A program made the position numbers and the translations under genes. A DNA stretch of 32,000 nucleotides. Origin: Faecalicatena fissicatena. Lineage in GTDB: Bacteria; Bacillota; Clostridia; Lachnospirales; Lachnospiraceae. Positions 25,600 to 32,000 of this stretch are shown here, piece after piece. The stretch lies in assembly GCA_001028025.1 (NCBI GenBank), contig LDAQ01000067.1, forward strand, positions 128 to 32,127, written 5' to 3'. The notes beneath the pieces were generated by a model. It worked only from the letters and a program-made list of their open reading frames with translations, ran no database searches and was not told the origin of the DNA. How positions within the stretch are numbered: position 1 is the stretch's first letter; every line of letters begins with the position of its first letter.

Positions 25600-27507
25600 T
25601 TAGCAGATTTCCGCACCTGCCGGCATGTCTTTTTCAGGGGTCATCAGTGCCAGATTGCCGTCTGCATCTTCTGCGCAGAGCAGCATTCCTTCTGACAGGA
25701 CTCCCGCCAGTTTTGCCGGCTTCAGGTTTACAAGTACCATTACTTTTTTGCCTACCATTTCTTCCGGTTTGTAATATGCCTTAATTCCTGAAACGATCTG
25801 TTTTACCTGGCTTCCGACTTTTACCTGGGAGCAGAGAAGCTTTTTGGATTTTTTGACTTCTTCACAGGCTATGATTTCACCTACCTGGAACTGCATTGCT
25901 CCAAATTCATCAAATGTGATTTCGGGCTTTGCTTCTATGTCGATCACGGCTTCTTCTGCCGCATCTTCTGACTCGGCTGCCTGTGGATGAAGCTCTTCTA
26001 CTTTTTTCATCACTTCCTCCAGATCCAGTCTCTGAAACAGGATTTCTGGTTTGTCTGTTACATGGCCGTCATTTAACTGTTCCAGAATCTTTTTGCTTGT
26101 GGACGGCATGAAGGATTCCAGAAGTACAGCACCCGCGGAAATACCCTGGATCAGGTTCCACAGTACGGTTTCCAGCCTGTCTTTCTTTGCCTCGTCTTTT
26201 GCAAGTACCCAGGGCATAGTCTCATCGATGTACTTATTGCAGCGTTTGAAAAGATTGAAAATCTCCGTAATGGCATCGGCTACACGCAGCTCATCCATCT
26301 TGGCTTCGACTTTCTTTGGTGTGCTCTCCATTACCGCCTTAAGATCGGCATCCACTTCCTCGGCAACACCCTTGTCGCATACGGTTCCAGCAAAATATTT
26401 ATTGGTCATGGAAACTGTACGATTTACCAGATTGCCCAGCGTATTAGCAAGTTCAGAATTCAGACGTTCCACCATCAGTTCCCAGGAAATGACACCATCA
26501 TTTTCGAAGGGCATTTCGTGAAGGACAAAATAGCGAACCGCATCTACTCCGAAGAAATCAACAAGCTCATCGGCATACAGAACATTTCCTTTGGATTTAC
26601 TCATCTTGCCGTCGCCCTGCAGCAGCCACGGGTGTCCGAAAATCTGCTTCGGCAGCGGTAGATCCAGCGCCATCAGGAAAATTGGCCAGTAAATGGTATG
26701 GAAACGGATAATATCCTTGCCGATCAGGTGCAGATCAGCCGGCCAGTCTTTTTTGAACTGCTCTGTGTTGTTTCCGTCACAGTCATATCCAATACCGGTA
26801 ATATAGTTTGTAAGCGCATCCAACCATACATACACGACGTGCTTCGGATCGAATTCTACCGGAATTCCCCATTTGAAGGAGGTTCTTGATACACACAGAT
26901 CCTGCAGGCCCGGAAGCAGGAAATTGTTCATCATCTCATTTTTACGTGACACCGGCTGAATGAATTCCGGATGTGTATTTATATGCTCGATCAGGCGGTC
27001 CGCATATTTGCTCATTTTGAAGAAATATGCCTCCTCCTTTGCAGGCTGTACCTCACGGCCGCAGTCGGGACATTTTCCGTCTACCAGCTGGGACTCCGTA
27101 AAGAAGGACTCACATGGAGTGCAGTACATGCCTTCATAATGCCCTTTGTAAATATCTCCCTGGTCAAACAGCTTTTTAAAAATCTTCTGAACCTGTTTCT
27201 CGTGATCCTCATCTGTTGTTCGGATGAATTTGTCGTAGGAAGTGTCCATCAGATCCCAGATTCTCCGGATGTCTGCTGCCACATCGTCTACGAATTCCTT
27301 TGGCGTGATTCCAGCCTCTTCTGCCTTCAGTTCGATCTTCTGGCCGTGCTCGTCCGTCCCTGTCTGGAAGAACACATCGTAACCCTGGCTTCTTTTGTAC
27401 CTTGCAATTGCATCTGCAAGGACAATCTCGTAGGTATTCCCAATATGCGGTTTGCCTGATGTATAGGCAATCGCAGTCGTAATGTAATACTTTTGTTTTT
27501 CTGACAT
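25600..27507 (-). CDS. metG: Methionine--tRNA ligase with a C-terminal tRNA-binding (Trbp111/EMAPII-like) domain
   Basis: HIGH motif (KPHIGNTYE), KMSKS (GKMSKSKGN), a Zn-knuckle (CPDCG), and a C-terminal OB-fold segment (FQVGEIIACEEVKKSKKLLCSQVKVG). AAGGAGAG RBS. Confidence 0.95.
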   Translation of the reverse strand: MSEKQKYYITTAIAYTSGKPHIGNTYEIVLADAIARYKRSQGYDVFFQTGTDEHGQKIELKAEEAGITPKEFVDDVAADIRRIWDLMDTSYDKFIRTTDEDHEKQVQKIFKKLFDQGDIYKGHYEGMYCTPCESFFTESQLVDGKCPDCGREVQPAKEEAYFFKMSKYADRLIEHINTHPEFIQPVSRKNEMMNNFLLPGLQDLCVSRTSFKWGIPVEFDPKHVVYVWLDALTNYITGIGYDCDGNNTEQFKKDWPADLHLIGKDIIRFHTIYWPIFLMALDLPLPKQIFGHPWLLQGDGKMSKSKGNVLYADELVDFFGVDAVRYFVLHEMPFENDGVISWELMVERLNSELANTLGNLVNRTVSMTNKYFAGTVCDKGVAEEVDADLKAVMESTPKKVEAKMDELRVADAITEIFNLFKRCNKYIDETMPWVLAKDEAKKDRLETVLWNLIQGISAGAVLLESFMPSTSKKILEQLNDGHVTDKPEILFQRLDLEEVMKKVEELHPQAAESEDAAEEAVIDIEAKPEITFDEFGAMQFQVGEIIACEEVKKSKKLLCSQVKVGSQVKQIVSGIKAYYKPEEMVGKKVMVLVNLKPAKLAGVLSEGMLLCAEDADGNLALMTPEKDMPAGAEIC

Positions 27508-27651
27508 AATCCTCTCTCCTTTGAGGACACCGCCCAGTCTGTGTAAGGGGCATCCAATTTAATCGTTGACCTGTACCAAAACGCTGTCAGACCTGTACTT
27601 TAGTGACACTGTTGTTATTTTTACATATAAAATGGTTTGTGAAATGAAATA

Positions 27652-27741
27652 GAGTTTCGCTTGCGAAACTCGCGCCTGCGGCGGTCGCATCGCGACATCC
27701 ACAGCTTACGCCGCAGTGCGCATCCCGCCGGGAGGGCCTTT
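27652..27741. other. GC-rich multi-hairpin module in the metG leader
   Basis: GAGTTTCGC-TTGC-GAAACTC hairpin, then GCGCCTGCGGCG...CGCCGCAGTGCGC enclosing GTCGC-ATC-GCGAC. The module is bracketed by ATGAAATA (27644-27651) and its complement TATTTCAT (27742-27749). Confidence 0.6.
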
Positions 27742-27770
27742 TATTTCATAGGAGTAGTTTCCTATGAAAT

Positions 27771-28122
27771 AAAAAACCGCCTTCTTAATAAATATAAGAA
27801 GACGGATCAGTTCCGTGTTACCACTTCCAGTTCGCTCCGGCCTCGCGGACAGAGCCTCAGTAAGTGCCAGCCAGCACTTCTTCGCTGTAAAGGGCGAACC
27901 CATCGCAGCCTAGCACAAAACTTCCGGCATGATGTCTGCAAATCCCCTCGGATTATCTACCGTCCGTTTTCTGTTCGGTGCGCCACTCGGAAGCCATATT
28001 CATCTGCCCTTCATCCATCCCTCTCAGCATCCGTCCTCTGTGAGGCACCATGGGAATTCTCTGTGGAATGTCCTGCAGACTACTCTCTTCGTCACTGCGT
28101 TTTTCGTTTCTGTTTGGTCTGT
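27771..28122 (-). promoter_or_regulatory. T-box riboswitch leader (probably Met-specific) with a terminator at 27771-27805
   Basis: Minus strand: AGAGAG element (around 28080-28090), GCTGAGAGGG, and several AUG triplets in the candidate specifier region. The T-box-like sequence AACTGGAAGTGGTAACACGG (27813-27827 region) contains UGGU. It is followed by the terminator CCGTCTTCTTA...TAAGAAGGCGG plus T6. Confidence 0.75.
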
Positions 28123-28127
28123 TAAAA

Positions 28128-28156
28128 AGCGTATCACAGCATTTTCTTAATGTCAA
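28128..28156 (-). promoter_or_regulatory. Candidate promoter of the metG T-box leader
   Basis: Minus strand: TTGACA (28151-28156), 17-nt spacer ending in TG-A (extended -10), then TACGCT (28128-28133). Confidence 0.45.
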
Positions 28157-28350
28157 GGGCATGACTTCATAATTTCTAAAGATACTTTCATAAAGTTTAA
28201 ATGATTCTTTTACAAACTATTAATGCTGACAACACATTTTTGTCACATTCTTTGTTTATATTATAAACATACAAAGCAGAAGTGCTTTTTCAGATAAATT
28301 TTCTTTTTCATACCTTTCTCCGCCGGAGCTCACAGCCCCGGCTTTTTTAA

Positions 28351-28863
28351 TTACGGCTCTATCAGATATCCCTTCCTGCGCAGCATATCTTGTATCATCT
28401 CCAGTGTCTCCTCATTGTCGGCCTCTACTTTATGGTAATGATAATTTGATGTTATATTCTTGAGGGGGCTGGATTTTCCACTCTTAATATCCTCCAAAAA
28501 CTCCATGACTTTTCTTCTGGAATTAATGTTAAGTTCCGCCTCCATGTGCCCGTATACCCGATGGTTAATCATAACATTTACCACACGGCCGCCCAGATCC
28601 ACGATGGAGCACAGTTCATTTTCCAGGTCATCATCTGTATGGTTCACTTTAAACACACGGCTGAATGTCCGCGGTGTATTCAGAATGTACCCCCGGTTTG
28701 TGGAAATGATATCATGTCCGGAAGCCCGGATCAGGGCAATATCCTGTACAATAACCTGACGGCTCACTTCATACTCCTGCGCCAGCGTCTTGCCGGAAAC
28801 CGGAACCGCACTGCTTTTTATATGGCTCACTATAGCATTCCTGCGTTCAGAACCTGTCATCAT
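28351..28863 (-). CDS. niaR: NiaR (YrxA)-type transcriptional repressor of NAD biosynthesis (HTH_11 plus 3H domain)
   Basis: 170 aa. The N-terminal HTH (RRNAIVSHIKSSAVPVSGKTLAQEYEVSRQVIVQDIALIR) and a His-containing C-terminal domain fit the family. It lies immediately downstream of nadC. Confidence 0.85.
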   Translation of the reverse strand: MMTGSERRNAIVSHIKSSAVPVSGKTLAQEYEVSRQVIVQDIALIRASGHDIISTNRGYILNTPRTFSRVFKVNHTDDDLENELCSIVDLGGRVVNVMINHRVYGHMEAELNINSRRKVMEFLEDIKSGKSSPLKNITSNYHYHKVEADNEETLEMIQDMLRRKGYLIEP

Positions 28864-28897
28864 GTGATGCGCTCACCTGCCTTTCTTTCCAACCGAT

Positions 28898-29749
28898 TTA
28901 TACTGCATGAAGATTTTTCAGGGAAATATCCAGGATCGGTGCGGAATGTGTCAGCGCTCCGCTGGAAACGTAATCCACCCCAAGAGCGGTGATTCTGCCG
29001 ATATTTTCTTTCGTCACATTACCGGAGCACTCGGTTTGGGCTCTGTGGTCAATGATTCGAATGGCTTCCTGCATCTCTTCTGTTGTCATGTTATCCAGCA
29101 TGATTATATCTGCCCCCGCCTCGACAGCTTCCTTTACCATGTCCAGGTTCTCAACCTCGACCTCAATTTTTCTTACAAACGGTGCGTAATCTTTTGCCAT
29201 ATGAACGGCCTTTGTCACACTGCCGGCTGCACCGATGTGATTATCTTTCAGTAAAACACCATCTGAAAGGTTGTATCTGTGATTAAAACCGCCGCCAACC
29301 CGCACGGCATATTTTTCAAATATACGCATATTCGGCGTTGTTTTCCTGGTATCCAGCAATTTTGTCTTTGTTCCTTCAAGTAGCGCCGCAACAGAATGTG
29401 TATAAGTAGCAATTCCGCTCATTCTCTGCAGGTAATTCAGCGCTACCCGCTCACCGGACAAAAGAACCCGGATATCTCCGGTTACCTTTCCCATAAGCTG
29501 TCCCTTCTGGACTTCATCGCCGTCTTTACAGTAAAATTCTACAGAAACCTGGGCATCCAAAAGCTCAAAGACTCTTTTAAATACATTGAGACCCGCTATA
29601 ATCCCGTCTTCCTTGCAGATCAGCTCCACCTCTCCTTTTACGGATTCCTTCATCACGGCGTTCGTGGTCACGTCCTCGCTGGAAATGTCCTCCTTTAAGG
29701 CCTCTAAAATCAGGTGGTCCGCCTGTAATGTCATTGTGATATCATTCAT
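28898..29749 (-). CDS. nadC: Nicotinate-nucleotide pyrophosphorylase (quinolinate phosphoribosyltransferase)
   Basis: Typical NadC sequence (LLDTRKTTPNMRIFEKYAVRVGGGFNHRYNLSD, IMLDNM). The ATG at 29749 has GAAGGGAG about 10 nt upstream. The track start at 29815 has no SD. Confidence 0.9.
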   Translation of the reverse strand: MNDITMTLQADHLILEALKEDISSEDVTTNAVMKESVKGEVELICKEDGIIAGLNVFKRVFELLDAQVSVEFYCKDGDEVQKGQLMGKVTGDIRVLLSGERVALNYLQRMSGIATYTHSVAALLEGTKTKLLDTRKTTPNMRIFEKYAVRVGGGFNHRYNLSDGVLLKDNHIGAAGSVTKAVHMAKDYAPFVRKIEVEVENLDMVKEAVEAGADIIMLDNMTTEEMQEAIRIIDHRAQTECSGNVTKENIGRITALGVDYVSSGALTHSAPILDISLKNLHAV

Positions 29750-29880
29750 TGATCCTGTTCTCCCTTCTATATGCTCAGTTGTAATAAATTCTTTTTCTAA
29801 ACTGTATTTGATCATTCTTCACGCAAGTCTGATTTTTTCACTCATAAGGGGCGCACACTTTTCTTGCTGCGGCTCATTTC

Positions 29881-31074
29881 TCAGGCTGTCTCTTCGCCTT
29901 TGATGTCTTCCCCGTACATGGCTTTGATCTTTGCCGCCGCTCTTTTTGCGAATACCAGGCTCTCCAGGAGCGAATTGCTTGCCAGGCGGTTGGCTCCGTG
30001 AACGCCATTGCAGCTTGTCTCACCCACAGCAAACAGGCTGTCCATGGAGGTCAGACTGTCGGAATCCACCCAGATGCCGCCCATGAAATAGTGCTGGGCC
30101 GGAACAACCGGAATCCATTCTTTTGTTACATCATACCCCTCTTCCAGACAGTGCCGGCAGATATTCGGGAAATGACTCCGTATGGTTTCTTTCTTTATAT
30201 TATCCATGGAAAGCCACACATAGTCTGTTCCATCCTTTTCCATCTGTTCATGAATCGCCTTTGTCACAATATCCCTGGGAAGTAGTTCATTTACAAAGCG
30301 TTTGCCTTCTTTATTGTAAAGAACGGCGCCTTCTCCCCTGACTGACTCGGAAATCAAAAAACGCCTGCCAGGTTTTTTGGAGTACAGCGTGGTCGGGTGA
30401 ATCTGCACGTAGTCCAGATGTTCCAGACGGATGCCGTGCTTTCTCGAGATCTCGATGGCATCCCCGGTTAAATGAGGATAATTGGTGGAATGCATGTACG
30501 TTCCGCCGATTCCACCGCTTGCCAGGATCGTATAGTCCGCACGGATTTCCATGCTGCCGTCCGTCTCTGACTCCGCCAGAATACCTGCACATATTCCGTT
30601 TTCTTCTATAATATCAGTCATGGTCGTATATTCCAGTATTGTAACATTTTTGAGTTTCTTAACCTGGGACAGAAGCCGGCTTGTTATCTCTTTTCCGGTA
30701 ATGTCCTCATGATACAGAATTCTGGGCCTGGAGTGGGCCCCTTCCCGTGTGTACGCAAATCCATCTTCGCTGCGCTCAAACTCCACGCCGTAACCTACCA
30801 GATCTCCTATAATTTCCCGGGAACTCCGAATCATAATATCCACAGATTCCTTCCGGTTCTCGTAATGCCCCGCCTTCATCGTATCCTCAAAATAACTGTC
30901 GTAATCATCCTCGTCCCGAAGAACGCAGATCCCGCCCTGCGCCAGGAAGGAATCACTGCTCTTAGTGTCTGATTTTGTTATCATCAAAATCTCTTTATCC
31001 TGCGGCAGATTCAGCGCGCAGAAAAGCCCTGCCACGCCAGTCCCTACAATTACGATCTCTGTTTTCATTTTCAT
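29881..31074 (-). CDS. nadB: L-aspartate oxidase (short form, about 397 aa)
   Basis: FAD-binding N-terminus IVIVGTGVAGLFCAL, and the AQGGI and GANRLASNSLLE motifs. The ATG at 31074 has GGGAG 5 nt upstream. The track begins at an upstream GTG (31086). Confidence 0.9.
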   Translation of the reverse strand: MKMKTEIVIVGTGVAGLFCALNLPQDKEILMITKSDTKSSDSFLAQGGICVLRDEDDYDSYFEDTMKAGHYENRKESVDIMIRSSREIIGDLVGYGVEFERSEDGFAYTREGAHSRPRILYHEDITGKEITSRLLSQVKKLKNVTILEYTTMTDIIEENGICAGILAESETDGSMEIRADYTILASGGIGGTYMHSTNYPHLTGDAIEISRKHGIRLEHLDYVQIHPTTLYSKKPGRRFLISESVRGEGAVLYNKEGKRFVNELLPRDIVTKAIHEQMEKDGTDYVWLSMDNIKKETIRSHFPNICRHCLEEGYDVTKEWIPVVPAQHYFMGGIWVDSDSLTSMDSLFAVGETSCNGVHGANRLASNSLLESLVFAKRAAAKIKAMYGEDIKGEETA

Positions 31075-31094
31075 AACAGCTCCCACAGCCTTTC

Positions 31095-32000
31095 CTATTT
31101 TGCCAATTCCAGCATCCTTTCCAGAGGTTTTCTGGAATTCTCTCTCCGTTCATCTGTTACCTGGACTTCATTGTCACCGGTCTCCAGCACGTGTCGGATT
31201 TTTTCAAGTGTGATCGTCTTCATGTCTTCACAGACAGGTTCGGTCTCTGTAAAGTAAAACTTTTTCTTCGGATAATCGTTCTCCAGTTTGTGGCGTACAC
31301 CGTTTTCTGTGCAGATGATGAACTCCCTGCTGTCACTTTTACCTGCATAGTCTATGATTCCAGTGGTGCTTCCTATGTAATCCGATATCTCCAGCACCGC
31401 TTTTGGGCATTCCGGGTGGGAAAGAATCTCTGCCTCCGGATACTTTTCCTTCGCCTTTTTAATCTCCTCCACACTCATTTTTTCATGAACCGGACAGTAG
31501 CCCTCATTGTATACAAAATTCTTTTCCGGTACCTGCTCAGCCACAAAATGGGCCAGATTTCTGTCCGGGATAAAGAAAATATTTTTATTTGGCAGTGCTC
31601 TGACGATTTTCACCGCATTTGCAGATGTCACACAGACATCGGAATGTTCCTTAAGTTCTGCTGTGGAATTAATGTAACAGACCACGGCCAGATCCTCATA
31701 CTGTTCCCGCACCTTTCTGATTGCAGCGGGGTCTGCCATATGTGCCATTGCACAATCCGCGGAAGCATCCGGCATCAGCACCGTCTTTTCGGGATTCAGA
31801 ACCTTAGCACTCTCTCCCATAAAAGAGACTCCGCAAAATACAATCGTCTGTTCCTTCAGGTCTACCGCGACCTTGCTTAAATAAAAAGAATCCCCTATGT
31901 AATCCGCGATATCCTGCACTTCCGGGTTCACATAATAGTGAGCCAGAATCACAGCATTCTTTTCCTTTTTCAATCTGTTAATCTCGTCAACTGTTGTCAT
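31095..32000 (-). CDS. nadA: Quinolinate synthase
   Basis: The 301-aa translation is typical of NadA (AVILAHYY, FCGVSFMGESAKVL, CPVHEKM). Its ATG is the last three bases of the window, so the promoter and any NiaR operator lie outside it. Confidence 0.9.
   Translation of the reverse strand: MTTVDEINRLKKEKNAVILAHYYVNPEVQDIADYIGDSFYLSKVAVDLKEQTIVFCGVSFMGESAKVLNPEKTVLMPDASADCAMAHMADPAAIRKVREQYEDLAVVCYINSTAELKEHSDVCVTSANAVKIVRALPNKNIFFIPDRNLAHFVAEQVPEKNFVYNEGYCPVHEKMSVEEIKKAKEKYPEAEILSHPECPKAVLEISDYIGSTTGIIDYAGKSDSREFIICTENGVRHKLENDYPKKKFYFTETEPVCEDMKTITLEKIRHVLETGDNEVQVTDERRENSRKPLERMLELAK

Noticed and set aside
27661-28162. ORFs 27661..28125 (+), 27929..28150 (+), 27706..27903 (-) and 27953..28162 (-)
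   Set aside because: They lie within the metG T-box leader and the GC-rich module, where the conserved T-box, terminator and stem elements account for the sequence. None has an RBS.
28321-28350. Hairpin GCCGG...CCGGC followed by T6 on the plus strand, just downstream of niaR
   Set aside because: The stem is only 5 bp. The T-run is on the plus strand, where there is no upstream gene, and on the minus strand (the niaR sense) no U-tract follows. This is too weak to call as a terminator for either strand.
1-32000. A search for mobile-element or defence hallmarks (transposase, integrase, recombinase, restriction-modification, toxin-antitoxin, reverse transcriptase, cas)
   Set aside because: No ORF translation in the track shows the corresponding catalytic motifs. 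The only candidate accessory gene is the decayed ORF at 17619-18160, whose family I cannot identify.

Overview
This looks like chromosomal DNA from a low/mid-GC Gram-positive anaerobe. Gene content and organisation (T-box leader, V/A-type ATPase, NiaR-linked nad genes) suggest Clostridia, possibly Lachnospiraceae-like, but that is inference only. Most of the window is ordinary housekeeping sequence. In order it holds a thioredoxin (CGKC) and trmB on the minus strand, then a nine-gene V/A-type ATPase operon (2082-10637, +). An AraC-family regulator and glgB (-) follow, then a 1220-aa TPR / hyper-acidic / CbbX-SpoVK-like AAA+ protein (-). Next comes a 1.75-kb stretch with no intact gene, followed by an OmpR-type two-component system (-). 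That system is divergent from a YfhO-like GT-C protein fused to a GtrA-like domain plus a GT2 polyprenyl-phosphate glycosyltransferase (+). The window ends with metG and its T-box leader (-) and a nadA-nadB-nadC-niaR operon (-). I recognised no transposase, integrase, CRISPR array or known defence gene. The most unusual signal is non-coding: three copies of a GC-rich long-hairpin element, 275-373 bp long (A 71-443, B 18407-18681 inverted, C 18851-19186). The copies share short sequence blocks (a 5' tail CCCGGATGCACCCAGC and an apical hairpin with a CATCAG loop; A and C also share a 9x9 internal loop). Their long stems differ in sequence between copies yet stay complementary within each copy. 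I cannot match this pattern to a family I know. Secondary leads are the degenerate-Walker-B acidic giant protein, a GGGGTCAGACCCC palindrome family (one copy sits inside the ATPase operon), a decayed AT-rich pseudogene, and an oddly long, structured spacer between the metG T-box terminator and the start codon. All calls come from reading the sequence and ORF translations by eye. No database search or folding program was run.
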